Assembly (NCBI GenBank): GCA_964187785.1
Contig: OZ076409.1
Span: 79,672,001 to 79,736,000, forward strand
Direction: 5' to 3'
DNA: 64,000 nt
Source: Amphiscolops sp. MND2022
Lineage: Eukaryota
How positions within the stretch are numbered: position 1 is the stretch's first letter; every line of letters begins with the position of its first letter. Positions 38,933 to 52,827 of the stretch are shown here, one piece after another. Under the pieces are notes generated by a model. That model saw only the letters and a list, made by a program, of their open reading frames with translations, searched no databases and had not been told where the DNA came from. Both the position numbers and the translations under genes were made by a program.

Positions 38933-39049
38933 CAGATGACCGATCCGGGTGTTGTGTCTACTACAAAATGGGTGTTTTTGTTTTCAGGTACAGCAAAGCT
39001 GGACACCCACGGTAGCCACGAAGACAAGTAAAAAGTACTTTTGATTCTA

Positions 39050-40638
39050 AACTCTGGCAAGATTGCATGTGAAAATAGTAAATTTGTCATTATGTAGCTT
39101 TTAAATTTTCTTAAACTTTTGGTGCAATTTAAGATTTGTTAATGAAAATTCTTTTTCATAGTTTCAATACGGAACCGAAAACGTGGTATTGAATGCCAGT
39201 TCAAGTGAAAGTCTAAATCCACGTGTCTAAAACGTATCTGAAAAAAGCACATTCCAATTTGAATTCTCACGTTTCACTCAATTTTTCAATCATGGAGTAT
39301 TGCATAAAACAACAATAGTAATTTTCAGTTTAACAAACAATCAAGACAGTAATCAAGACGCCAAGACTATTTTCCAGTGATCAAAGCTTTAAAGATATCC
39401 ATATCAAAATGCCAAAAAGAGGCACTTTCTTATCAGAAATTGGAACAAGTCACCTATTATGGGAATGCATAAGGCAGGAACTAGTGTTTCGGATCTAGCT
39501 CGGTCCGTTGGACGGAGTTATAATTGGTTCGAAATTATTTGGTAAGGATAGGACAATACAAACACAGTGGTGGACCGAGTCCAAATTTGAAAGAATGAGC
39601 AAAAAGACAGTTACTCGAATAATATCAACTATTGATTGTCTTTCGCTAAGAAAAATTACTAGCACCCTGGATTTGAATGTTTCCAAAGATACTGTTTGCA
39701 AATTTTTCCCGGACGAAGGATAAAACTATGTTAAAGCAACGAAGGCGCCCTCACTGACTACGGAAAACATTTCCAGGAAGTTCGATTGGGCAAAAATCCT
39801 CCAGAGAAAATATCGACTGGGAGATTGGAAAGCTAGAAAATCTCATCCACCAACGAAAAACGGTTTTTACTCGATGGGCTTGATGGAATGAGATTTTATT
39901 GGTGTAGAATTGGAGGAATGCGGAAAGTTTATGGCAAAAAATGTTCCCCCGATGGTTAATGATTTGGGCAGGAATGCGATTCAATGGAACAACCTCCCGT
40001 CCCTTTTGTGAAGGCAATGTAAATGGGGGAAGTTATTAGTACCTCATAAAGGAATGTTTAAATGTCATTCCATCACCCTGGTTGTTTTTGTGCAAAACAA
40101 TGCAACTCCTCATACATCTCATACCACAAAAAGTTTTTTTGAATCAAAAATTATTGACCTTCTGGATTGGGCGCCTTGTTCTTCCGACTGTAATCCTAAT
40201 GGTCAATTTTGGTCAATTTTGGTGAGCCGAGTGTACAGCGACAAGAAGACTCACGACAACCTAGAAGACTCTAAAATGCCATTCAAGAGGTTTGGGATGT
40301 GCCTTGAGCTAGATGTAACTAGAAAAAAGGTTATTTCTTTTCCAAAACAACTCATTGAAGTAGTTGTTGCCAAAGGAGGACATCTTGATAATTTCTGACG
40401 GGACAAAAAATGGGAAAATTGATTCAGTATAATTTTTCGCATACGTTTTTGCTAACGTATAAAATGCAAATGAAAAACATTCTAGGTAAAAAAGAATTAG
40501 TTGTTGACATCCAATCGATATGACCTTCATTTTGAGTTTCTTATATTTTGTATGTATCCTCATTGCCTTAGGTATGTTAAGTGTATAATCGTACCTAGAA
40601 ACCTTTTACCTTTTTTCACAAACATTTTTGCCAGAGTT
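39050..40638 (+). mobile_element. Decayed Tc1/mariner DNA transposon
   Basis: TA-flanked TIRs AACTCTGGCAA.A.....TGTGAAAA..GTAAA. Transposase remnants MPKRG...HTH, VQNNATPHTS and LDWAPCSSDCNP (DDE_3 family). Confidence 0.85.
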
Positions 40639-42959
40639 TACCTTCGTGAAACTTCAAAAGACTTTTTGCTAAAATTTCGTGATTGGTAATTTAGATTTGC
40701 TTTTGAAAGCAAAAACAACACGCTTTGCTTCAAGGATTGTCGATAAAAATTCAATTGTTTTCTTGGGAAGAGTTATGTTGCTCAAAAACTCAAACAATTC
40801 GAATGTCTTCGTCGATAATTTACTCCGAGTACAAACTGATTCAAAATTTACACTTTTGATGATGTTACCATTATCTGAAAAAACAGTTCACCGCCACGAT
40901 TGCATAGCAAGGTTTTTGAAAAAAAAATGAGAATTTCATGTTTGAAAACGCTAACAGGCCGGAAACGACCGAAATTTGTGCCAGGCTCCTTGTTCGAAAT
41001 TTGATTCAATTTCAAAGAATAAACACCACGGCGCAAGCTAAATCTAGATCCTTACTTCAACTTTACAAGAGGTCTCTTGTAACATTGTCTTTTGAACATG
41101 ATCGAAGACAATCAATGAGAAGCCTCTCATCAAAAGCGCTATTCCTAGGCGCTTCACGTGACTTTTGTCATTAGAAGATTTTATTTTCGAATAAAATAAA
41201 TGCAATAAATTTGATTCAATTTCAAAGAAAAAAACACCACGGCATATGCTATTTCTAAATCCTTATTTCAACCTTACAAGAGGAAAAAACAAGCGCAGAA
41301 TATGATACTCTAAATGTTATTTTCGTCTCTTTTGCTGTCGAAAGTTCTTCATATCAGAAAAGTGTGGCTAAAAGAAGTAAAGTTCTTTTTCAAAAGGTAA
41401 CACTTTTATTAGGACCCGATACCACAATTACCCCCTGGCAACCGCATATTGTGAAGAACGCCTTTTTCGCCTTTTTTCCGGGATTCTCTTAACGAAAACG
41501 CTTTCCTTATAGTTTAGTGTAAAAACAAAAAATTCAGCGTCCCTGAGCGCGGTCAGAACTTGTTTCGTTGACTTCCCGAGATCACGCTCTAACTACTAGG
41601 GCAACAAGTGTCTTGAAAACAAGCTTTAGTTAGATTTATAGCTTACAGAAAGTGAAAACTACAGTGACAACTGCAAGAAAAGTAACTATAATAACCTTGC
41701 ATGCGCCCGTGGCAACAAGAAGATGAGTTACGGCATCACCATTCCTTCCAAGAAACGACAACTCGAGAATTCGCAAAAAATGACACCAATTCTTAAAAAT
41801 TAGGAAACAAAGTTCCCCACCGGTTAGTACTGAGGAGTGTGAGCAAAACAAAGTATGATTTGGAAACGATTGTTACTTTTTTCAGTGATAGTAACTTGTT
41901 GAAAATGTGCTCACTGTCCTTCAACTGAAACCATTCTTGAAGTGACTTCCTGTATAACTGTGGGAACAAAATGCTGGCCCATCAGTTCGTGAACAAAATT
42001 AATTCTAGGAGTAAACAAAAGATGTTTAAGTACCCATGAAAATGAATCGAAGGTTTTGTTGGAGAGCTTCTACACGAAGCAAGATATAGTAGCTCTAACC
42101 GAAAATTGGATGACAAAAAACGGTGATAGGGGAATGCACAACTTGAAATACTACCAACCGGTTGAGGCCAAACCTGGAAAATATTTCGAAAAGGCGATCA
42201 AATGGTGTCGTTTTTTATATCAACACAGGTGTCGACTATGATTTATAGGCTACAATACCAATATTCAATGCTCATTTTTAACGGGTATTGTCGTGAGAAA
42301 GGAGCATTAGTAATTTTTGTATTTTACCGACTTGAAACTTATCAACTCACGAACTTTTTCACAGAATTCGAAAACCTGCTGTTCGAAATTTTACATTGAA
42401 GAACCCGAAAATCAAATCATATCATATGAAGCAAATATCAGATGACGCAAGAGCGGATGCACATGTATCGCCAATCTCGAAAATGCTAATCAAAAACGTG
42501 AATACATTTGCAATTACCAAAAGTCAAATTGTAATAACTCTTCCAAAAGTGAGTTTGTGACCCTTCCCCTGAAAATCAAGAATACAAGGTATCGAAGAAT
42601 AAAACATTGTCCATGGTTCAACAAGCAAAGCAGGAGGCAAAGTACAAAAACACTTGGAAGTATTCAGTCGCCGCAAATCAGCTATAAAACACCTAAGGAA
42701 ATGAAAAGAACGAATCAAGCCAGCTCAAGTCTCATCGATGAAATAATTAGAAACGAGTATTTGTTTGCTAAATCCCATAGCTGTCAAGTAAGCTTCCTCA
42801 GACCGAAACGAAAACTAAATCACCTTCTAAACAAAATTTTGATGACATTCCAAATGGCAAATCAGTTAGAGTTAGATTAGGAAACCGAAATTATTAAACG
42901 AATGAAAATCAAAATGAATTCAAGTTGTGACTGAATTACAAATTTAGTCAATTCCAACT

Positions 42960-45900
42960 GTTGCAGAATTACAACTAAATTACAACTAAATGCCGAAATA
43001 CTTCTCAAATGAAATTATTACAACATATTGCAACAGCAAGAAGTGAGAATAATTTTATGTCTTGTATTGTAACACAGCTTTCTTGAATGGTCACGATATT
43101 TACTGAGTCATTCTACATTCATATGTATCAATCAGATTTCTATGGTAGAAGTTGCATTCGTTGAAAAGCTAGCTCACAAATTGAGCTAATTTCTGGATTG
43201 GACGTAGCGTTGACGTGTGTAGTAGTTTCTTCATGGCATCTTTGGTTCATTCCTAAAAATCTCTGGGTATGGAACATTCGGACTAGTTCACGAAAAACGA
43301 TTGTTGAGTCATAATAGTTCAGTCGGACGTCTAAAAACAAAACCCAAAATTTCCTGGTGGCGTCAACCTTGCGTCATACTTGTTGAAGACAGTTTTCTTC
43401 AGTTTATAGACGCACTTCAAACTCTTTCGTGCAAAGCATCTTTATTTGATCTTGATTAAAAATACGACGTTGACTTTATGTCTGACAAACAATTGGGTAA
43501 TCACAAATAATCATACTATCTAGAAAGTTAAAGTACCGCAAAAACAATTCAAGGTTTTAATACAAAGCATTTCGTGTTGGTACTCCCCAATCAACGAATG
43601 GTGAAAACAGCACACAGGGAACAAATTACAACTGCCGACGTTCTTGACCTTACGTTACAAAAGAGAATCAAAATAGCATGCGAATAAATTAGAGTTAAGG
43701 ACAGGATATTTTAAAATCTACATGTTCTCTTAGTTAGAAACTATTATCTTCATGATAAACGTTAGATTAATAATAATTAAATCAGACGGCATGAGGAGAG
43801 TTTATGTGGAAATTAGAGAAAACCTGGCTGTGACGTACTGTCGACCTGTTTATCAAGTTATCTTGTGAATTGGTTAAATCTGGAAATGAGATATTCCAAA
43901 GAATTGATATTAATTTTATGTCTTGTATTACAACACAGCTGTCTTGAATGGTCACGATACAAACTGAGTCATTCTACTTTCTTATGAATCAATCTGATTT
44001 CTACGGTAGAAGTTGCATTCGTTGGGAAGCTAGCTCACAAATTGAGCTAACCTCTGGATTGGACGTAGTGATGACGTGTGTATTAAGATTGGCTATAGTT
44101 GCGACATAGCGTTGAAGTGTATTTAAAATTAGCTATAGTTGCGACGTGGCGCTGAGGTAAATTACCTTTTACTTGGCAGCAACATACGTGCCTGTGACGT
44201 CACAGAAAATTCCATACAAATAACAAGTGTCGGTTGCATATCTGTCTTGATCACGTCACAAACGGAATCGCGTTTAAAGCGTGAGCTGGCTGTGACAGAA
44301 TCACTCGGAAGTGTGAAGTATGAAGGCTGTATAGGTGTTTTGCCTTTTTAACTGTTTTCTCTATCAATGAAGGTTGTCATATTCCGACTCAACCTTGTAG
44401 CTTTTTTCAGTTCCGTACGTTCAGAAATTGATGCTTTGCAGGACACTTCAATAACTAGCGAAACCAGATTGTGTTACTTTGAAGAGTTACACGAACGTTC
44501 TCTTTCGCAGTAGCAGTATTCTTCAGGTTGGTCTGCATATTTCTTCTTCGATCAAGCTCTGTGATGCTTATAACCATGAATTGGCCAGTTTCACCATGTA
44601 AGTCACAACTTCGATTTTCTGGCGCACCAGAAGTGAATCCTTTCACAGTCCCAAGTTCTGGCGTTTTGGTGTAGTCCAAGAGAGGTAACCTCCTCTCCAT
44701 GATGAGGTCCTCTCTGTCAATGCTCAGTGTGATGCCGAACCGACTAAAATTTGCTAAATGTCGTTTGAGCGAGATGTTCCCCCTTTTGGAATTTTTTTCA
44801 TTTCAGTACAGGCTCAAAAATCTATAGATGTCCTAAAGAACGTATTCGGAGAGTTGTTTAACGTAGAAAACCCGATAACAAAGTTTGCTTGTTTTTGCTG
44901 GTTGGACATTGTTGCACTTATCCGTCGACAAGTACTATCGTCTTCAACTCGTGATTAAAGCGGATTGCACATTCAGAAACGTTCACTTCAATACCTTTGA
45001 GTCGCACGCACACTTTTTACTTGGGGCTCATTTTCATTCATTATTTAATCTTACCAACGAGCCAACCTGTCAGCAGGCGACAATAGTGCGTCGACGGAGA
45101 AAAATGCAAAACTTCTTCGCAGCTTTTGAATAGTCTCTATGTGAGTTTAGAATGTTCTCGGGAAGACGGAGACAATTGAGAGCTTCTCATTAAGACAGCA
45201 GTGTTGCTACCACATTTGAGACTGCAGTTGTCCACCCGGAAAGAAGAGGGTTTTGATCTCGGCCGTTTTTGTCATGGGTTTCCAGAGACAATGATCCTTC
45301 ATTTAATTCGTCATCAAAATTTCGTCTCATGTTTGGTCAAAGTACATTAAACACATGAGCAGATAAGCATCAGTAGTGAAGTATGAGTTACACTGTAGGT
45401 TCAGGGAGAATAGCCACTGTTCGATTGTTACGCAATACAGTCTCTGTCTTGGAATTCTCAGTCGCGGACAAATTTGGTGAAAACATTGAGGATACAGTGT
45501 TCGATTTTCCCGGAAAAGTTGAAAGTTACACAAGAATAGTTCCGCCACAACAACACGTTGAGTGCAGACACAGTTTGGGAAGCTAACTTTCAGTTACTGA
45601 CTGCTCATTATTGAGGCCAAAACGGAACAGTAATTTTTCCATTTTACAGTGATCTCTCGTTCTGTGTTAAGATCGAATTCAGCTGTTCCCTGTGCTCCTG
45701 TTCTGTTCCTCTTGGGCATGTATTGTTGTCAATTTGGTTGTTCATGAATTCTTTTTGACACTCGTCACCATGTTACGAATCGTAACCGACCCGTAAGTTC
45801 GGCTGGCTGGCCAAATTTTCTGATCCTGGTAACAAAGAGTTTTGTTCTGGTCGCGTCAAGTTCGTCTCCAAGAACTATTCCGTTTAAAACGACACAAAGA

Positions 45901-47452
45901 GTTGTTACCCTCTGTGGTTGTTTACAAGTGCGCTGTAAGCGCTTCATCTTCTTGCGACGACTAGTTTTCATTTTTGAGGTTTAAAGAGAAAAAAATTGCG
46001 GTCGAGAAAGATTCAATCAAGGAATTATTTCCAACTGCTGCAAAATTACAACCAACCAACTCCCGACTTATCTTCTAAATGAAATTAATACAACACAATC
46101 ATAGCTTCATAAGATATTTTGTGCAACCTTAAAGTTTCTAGGTATCGACAAATCAGTTTTGTTCACACGAGCCCTTGTTGATTCATATTTGTTCAATACG
46201 GCGTTTAAAAATCAGGTATGAAAATTTCTAGTCGCGTCAACCTTGCCTCATACTTGTTGGAAACGATTTTATTCAGATGAAAATAATTCTTGAAGCTGCT
46301 TGAAAATGGCGGTAAAACTGAAGTCCGTTCAAAGCTTGACGATGAAGGCACGTTAGGCGTGAACAATTACTCAATCCTCAACAGGTTTGGAAAGAAAATG
46401 CTGACTTGCATGCAATATTAGAGTGCGCGACTAAAACGAAGCAACAATTGTTCTAACATAATGACAGTGCGATGATGGGATGGCAAATAACACCAGAGGG
46501 ATTGTAGGTTCAACCACAAGTGCACTCAACTTATTACAAACTCGGTCAAAATTGTGAAACTTCATAAGTTCGATACAGGATTAAAAACGCACATCCAATT
46601 CATTAGCGCAAAGCATCAATAAATGATGTTTAATAGAAACAGAATGGTGACTTCACGTCTTACAAACAAATGGGTCATAACAAATAATCGAACCTTGTAA
46701 AATAAAAGAATAAAGCGGAAACAATATACGAATTTATTACAGAACCTTAGCGTTCTTTACTTTTCAATCTGCGGATAATAAAAACAGCACACTCAAACAA
46801 AATAGACTACTGTTGACGTTGATCTAACGTCACATGATAGCATTCGATAGGCTCGATATTAAAAAAAGGTTAGGGATTGGATGTTCCAAAATGTACATCT
46901 TTCAGTCAGACACTACTATATTCATGATTCTTGATTTATTTAATATTGATAACCATTAAACCAGACTGCCTAATTAGAAGTTTTTGTGGAAATTAGAGAA
47001 AACCTTAATGTGACATACAGTTGACGTGTTTATTAAACAAACTTGTGAGTTGGTTAAGGAAAAAAATCATGTGAAGTAGCCCTTTTGGTGAACATTCTCA
47101 GGAAATGAGAAAAGTTTCTTGCCTTGTTTTACGATAGAGATGTCTTGAATGTTGACGATACAAACTAAGTCAATATACATTTCCTTTGAATCAATCTGGT
47201 TTCTACGGGAAAAACTTTCCATCTAGTGAAAAGGTAGCTCACAGGTTGAGCCAGCCTTCCGATTTGACGTAGTGTTGAGGTGTGTATTAAGATTAGCTAT
47301 GTTTGCGATGTAGCTTTGACGTAATTTAGCTTCCCTTTGGCAGCAGCGTACGTGTCTGTGACGTTACAGAAATTTCATTCCAAGTAACAAGGTATTGGTA
47401 GCATATCTGTCTTGATGACGTCACAAAAGTAATCACGTTCAAAGCGATAACA
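42960..47452 (-). mobile_element. Decayed, internally deleted Gypsy element: 5' LTR 47452-45771, PBS 45770-45759, gag/protease remnants, rearranged 3' LTR ~44286-42960
   Basis: CGTAACA|TGGTGACGAGTG on the minus strand. LTR ORF MKTSRRKK. Diverged repeats 43040-44290 versus 46100-47450, with an extra ~165-bp block duplicated at 43056 and 43917. Confidence 0.7.
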
Positions 47453-47859
47453 GCCGGGAGCTGTCAAAGTTAAGACAATGCTGTCGTCCAATAGATTTGT
47501 TTAGCCAATAGGCTATGCGTTCAATAGAAATATCGTAAAAATTACGTTTCCTAAAAATTCGAAACTAGCCAAAAGAGTAACGTTTCTTGAAAAGGCGGAC
47601 AGACAAAAAACCAGAAGTTCATAAACCAATTAGGTTACTTAGTTCGTTCAGTGATGTGTTGAAAATTTATTCAAAAATGGATGAGTAAAATTTTTGGAAA
47701 AAGAAGAAATTCTTTATAACAATCAGTGTGGATTCCGAGCGAAAAAATAAGCTTCAGTAACCGAATTCTTGAGATCTGAAAAAGACGAAAAGGCAACTTG
47801 ACAGGCCTCATAGATCTTCAACATGCTTTTGATACGCTGCATCACTGGTTACACATAGA

Positions 47860-48430
47860 ACAAGACGAGAACGTCTAAAGTCGGCGGTATGTCTAAAGCT
47901 CAAAAATAGCTTCCTAAAAAAGTTTTCAGAATTGTGAAAACTGGATCATTTTTGGTTTTTTGAATGTCCAGTTTGTTGCAAGATATCGAAAACAAAGATG
48001 GAGGAAGACAAAAAAATTTTCGAAAAAACGGAAAATGAAATTTTTAAAACAGTCTCATAGTGGCAACACAATGTGAAAGGAAAGAACTTTTGGGCTTTTT
48101 GAAATTAGAGTATGTTGCAGAATATCAAAAGAACTTGAAAATGGGGACTCTCCGAAGACACAAAATTCGACAAATGTTGGGCGGTCCTGAGAAAAATTCA
48201 AAGGGGGGACCCTACAGTTATTGTATCTTACAATAAAATAGGATTAAATGAAGTGGACCTTTTGCAGCACTGACCTAGATGAAATTCCGCCTGCCGGTCC
48301 AGTAGTTTAGTAGTTCAGTAAAAAGTGTCCATTACGCACACATTTTGTTATCTGGCGAACAAAAAGAACAAAAACATGTTACTGTAAATGTCGGGCTTTT
48401 TTCTTGAAATGTAAACGCATCGACTAAAAA
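47860..48430 (-). mobile_element. Helentron/DINE-1-like copy
   Basis: ACAAGACGAGAACGTCTAAAGTCGGCG ... CGACTAAAAA. Confidence 0.65.
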
Positions 48431-49620
48431 CTAGAACAATACAGCCAAGAGGGCCGATATATGAAAAGATTAAAAGTTACCAGTGTGATCGGTGGCAACA
48501 TGCAAATGAAAATGGAATATTTACTGACAAAAAACAGATACTCAAGGGTTTTATTCAGAGTTCAGTTCAGAACTTGGACGGTTTATTTTCTCGCTGAATA
48601 TCAATGATCTTGATACTAGTAGTGGCGAACGTAAAATAACAATGTTTGCAGATAACACAAACCTGATCAACGGTGGAAAAAATAGTGCTTTATCCATACA
48701 AGTTGATATAGAAGCTCTTTGGGACTGATTAGTCGCTAATACGTTAACTGTCAACGGAGATAAGTTTAAACTGATGAGTTTCTGGATCAGGAAATCAGAA
48801 GCCTTTGCAAATGAAAAACACCCCACATAGTTACAAAACATCGCTAGACAAACAGCTACGGTTCCATCGGCACATCGATTATCTCGGTAAAAAACTGAAC
48901 AAAGTTTCTGGGCTAATCAATGGTTGCCGCCATCTATATCCACGCAAGTGTCTACTTTTATTCTACTACTTGGTTGCAAGTTCGATAGAGAGTTATGGCT
49001 TACTAGTCTACGGTTCAGCGGATAAAACAAGTTTAGTAAAGATTGAAGGAGTGCAACGTCGAATAATGAGGTCACTTTGTTTCAAAACTGAGTTGGATCT
49101 TATCACTGAAAGATTACTTGACAACGGAGGTCCTACTGTTTTTGAACTGCATCCTAAAGAATTGCTGAAGGAATTTCTACGTCATATACGCCACGAACCG
49201 CCTGTGCAGTTCTTGCTTGAAATCATAAATATCTCATCTTCCACAAAGAATGAAATTTAGGTTCTTCTCCACTCAAGATACTGTCGAACTGTCGCCAAGA
49301 AAAGTCTGAAAGAAAACGGAGAAAGTTGAAAATTCTTCAAGAAAGTCTATAACTGGCTGAAATTGTATACCAATTGACTTAAAAGACATGATGCGTCGCA
49401 ACTCAAGCTATATCATCAAAAACTACATGTTACTTCTTAATCCACATCTCTTTACAGTGTTTTCTTTTATTTGCAACAATTCCAAATAAAGTTACAGTGA
49501 AAAATTATCTCTAAAGGCCAAGAATAAAAAATTGTCAAGAGTCGTCGTACTTCTTTTTCGCCCTTGTTGGACTTCTGTAAATGTCAAATTGAGAATTCTT
49601 TTATGAATTCCATTTAACTA

Positions 49621-50516
49621 TTTTTAGTCGGCGCATTTTAGAAGAAAATGAGCCCGACTATTACAGTGGCTAGTTTTTTTTTCGTCAGATAACAGAATGT
49701 ATGCGTAGTGGACACTTTTTACAGAACAGAACTACTAAACTAAAGTACTGGATCGGCAAACGGGGAGCGTATTTAAGATAGTGCAAAGGGTCCCCCCTTT
49801 CAGTTACTCCATTTTTATCATAAGATACAAAACCTGACGAGACAATAGGGTCCCCCCTTTGAGTTTTTTTCGGCACTGTGGGGCTTTTTTTTCGAAATTT
49901 TTTTTTGTCTCCAAAGGGTCCCCTCTTCAATTTTTTGCTGTTTTGCGACAAAATGGATGTTGGAAAATTCCAAAGGGTCCCCCCTTTCAGTTTTTTTCGG
50001 CACTGTGAGATTTTTTTTCGAAAATAAAAAATTTTCATCCCTTCAATTTTTTGATGTTTTGCGACTGAATGGATGGTGAAAAACCCCAAAAGGTCCCTCC
50101 TTTCAGTTTTTTTCGGCACTGTGAGATTTTTTCCAAAAATTATTTTCTCTCCAAAGGGTCCCCCTTCAATTTCTTTGATATTTTACAACACATTGGGTGT
50201 TTAAAAATCCCAAAGGGTCCCCCCTTTCAGTTTTTCGGCATTGTGAGACTTTTTTCGGAAATTTGTTTTTTCTCCAAAGGGTTCCTCCTTCAACTGCAAC
50301 AAAAATGTTGACAATTTAAGAAGTGTCCCTCTTTTAGCGCGCCAGGGGCTCGCGCTAGCGGGCCCCGGCGCGCCACTCAGTCCATTTTTTTGGTTTTTCG
50401 AAAAAAAAATTCGATAAAATTTCGAAAAAAAAATTTTAAGTTTTTTTTTCAAAAAAAGTTTTTTGCGCTTTTTGAGCCTTAGATATGGCGCCGACTTTAG
50501 ACGTTCTCGTCTTGTT
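49621..50516 (+). mobile_element. Helentron/DINE-1-like non-autonomous element
   Basis: T-run + subTIR AGTCGGCGC, nearby partial inverted copy GCCCGACT, internal AAAGGGTCCCCC tandem units, 3' subTIR GCGCCGACT, hairpin AGACG-TTCT-CGTCT, then TT. Confidence 0.7.
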
Positions 50517-52057
50517 ATTCCTGTGTTGTGTTGAAAACGCTGATTGAAAGATATAAACTGAAAAAATAAAGTACAGGCGTATTTTTCCATCCTTCAGTTT
50601 TTCAGAAAATGTTTTCAATGTTGTTCACTCTGAAAATACTTGATCATCGTTTAAACACCAATCCTCTGCTTTTTGGGTTCTTATCTCCGTTTTGTGACAC
50701 TTGACATACGTTCTATTTGAGAACTTAGCCCACCTACTAAGTTCAATGCATCAGAAACGTTTCAGTTGGTGAACTCAAACTTCAAGTGATAGTTTTTTTC
50801 TGTACTTTATCTTTTACCTTTCCCCTTCGTGCCAAAAAGTTCATGAAGAATTTTAATAAGTTCAGGCTCCAAAAGCCGATTATTTGAACGTACTTCGCAT
50901 AGAATTTGATTCAAACTCGAGTTGTTTCATGCTTAGGGCACACGTCTTCAGGACTACTGTTTTGAATTTTATCGGATAGCTATTGACAAAAAGGGGTCGT
51001 TTCATTTTCACTCTATGAAAATTCTAAGAGTTTTTTGAAAAAAAAATCAATGCAATTATCTCACTGCAATGCCTCTACGTAAACTTACACAGCAAGCTAC
51101 TTTTTTAGTAATTTATTTTCAGTTTTTCAGCAAAGCTTGACTTATGGTGGAGGAGAAAAAAAAGTTCTGAAGAAAAAAAAACGAAATTGCGATTGATACA
51201 ATTATTCAACTCTTTTATTTTTCAACATTAGTTTCAAGAATGGAAAGCTGGAATGTTATTTGAAAAGTTTCTAAAATACAACGTCCTTTTTCACGTAAAC
51301 GAAGAACAAGTGATTATCTGGTTCTGAAAACAATTTTCCCAGCGCTTTTGTGCCCCTTAATGCCACATGCTATCATTTTTTTTCAAAAAATATCCGTATG
51401 ATTCGGTTGATAAATTACTAGACAAACGAGTTATTATAACTAATTACCTGTCTAATATTCTGTGAGTTTTGGTGGTTGATGATATGGACAGCATTCTTCA
51501 TAGTTTCCAACAAGCGTGCGATGTTTCATCCGCTTTGAGTCACTGTTTCAACAAAAGTTATGGAATTTAATAAAAACAAAGTCAGGTTACTCATAAAGTC
51601 GTGATGAAATTCATTCAGTTTTGAAAGTTTCATTTCGCAGATGAAAACAAAACATTCGTCGTCTAAAGAGAAATGCAAAAAAATTTTCAGTCAGCGCTTT
51701 TCTAAACAAAGAATGTCCGACTTTTCCTGTGACAAGTTATTTTGTCAGACCACACACCTTACTCTGAAAGGTCAACTTTTTGAAAAAAATTTTGTGTCAA
51801 AGTCAACTTGGCCTTGTGTTGAGGATCGTGTTTCGCAAGAAGGAGGACAAGGGATCGAATCCCACACAGGACTGTATTTTTCAGGTTCGAAATCTAGATA
51901 TGACCTAAGAGTCGCCTATTTGAGTTATACTAGGTAATGTACAATTCTCTTCGACCCTTCGACTTTTTGACACTGAGTTAAAATAGAACGTGTTTTGAGA
52001 TTGCAAAGTTCTCTCTGACGTTTAGTTTGACATTGTGCGACATAAATCAAAAATTTC

Positions 52058-52253
52058 AAAGAAAAATTTGTTTTTGATTGTTTTCACTTTCAAAGCGTTT
52101 TTCGAGCGAAAAGGAACTCACTCAGACATTTTCCGGTTTATGTAACTAAATACTTAAGTATTTAGTTACATAAACCGGAAAATGTCTGAGTGAGTTCCTT
52201 TTCGCTCGAAAAACGCTTTGAAAGTGAAAACAATCAAAAACAAATTTTTCTTT
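52058..52253. repeat. Perfect 196-bp palindrome (98-bp arms, no spacer)
   Basis: Centre TACTT|AAGTA at 52155/52156. Arms are complementary out to 52058/52253. Confidence 0.95.
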
Positions 52254-52711
52254 TAGCGCAATTTTGACACAATTGTTCACACAACAACCTTGAATATTTG
52301 CAACGAGGTCCGTGATGTACCTTCCAGTTGATTTGTTTTTCCATTTTTGACTAGAGTCTTCCCAATTGTTTTCTCGTAAATTGTCTGTGATACGGTTTTT
52401 TGCCTCTTACCAGGCGGGATTTGGGGTATCGAATTCAAATAAAGGAATTAGCATATCAGGAAAGAGTGACTTCAATCAGGAAATTTTCTGGTGTTAAAAG
52501 ATGAACACCTCGGATTTATTTGAATTCGATACACCAAATCCCGCCTGGTAAGAGGCAAAAAACCGTATCACAGACAATTTACGAGAAAACAATTGGGAAA
52601 ACTCTAGTCAAAAATGGATCAGGAAAAACAAATCAACTGGAAGGTACATCACGGACCTCGTTGCAAATATTCAAGGTTGTTGTGTGAACAATTGTGTCAA
52701 AATTGCGCTAA
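52253..52711. repeat. ~190-bp near-perfect inverted repeat with a 71-bp spacer
   Basis: Arms 52253-52443 and 52515-52711, with few mismatches and one small indel. Confidence 0.92.
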
Positions 52712-52827
52712 TGATCGATTTATATATAATACTCTATCGATCAAAGAAAAAACAGAAGTCAAGTAAGCAGCCAGTAATTGCTGGCCAAGGGGTATATTGG
52801 GGAAAATTGATTAAAATACTGAATGTA

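Larger units (their letters stand above)
41990..49450 (+). pseudogene. Fragmented LINE (AP endonuclease + RT), split by a Gypsy remnant and a Helentron-like repeat
   Basis: DIVALTENW (APE), CPWFNK, QCGFRA, IDLQHAFDTLHH, NINDL, MFADNT and ESYGLLVYGS motifs are collinear on the plus strand. Boundaries approximate. Confidence 0.75.

Noticed and set aside
40997..41283. ~75-bp direct repeat about 210 bp apart
   Set aside because: Ordinary local duplication with no other supporting structure.
41535..41606. Second tRNA-like sequence on the minus strand
   Set aside because: The A/B boxes and stems are too degenerate to support a call.
49685..50618. ORFs of 60-144 aa rich in K/G/F
   Set aside because: They are translations of tandem units in a non-autonomous repeat.
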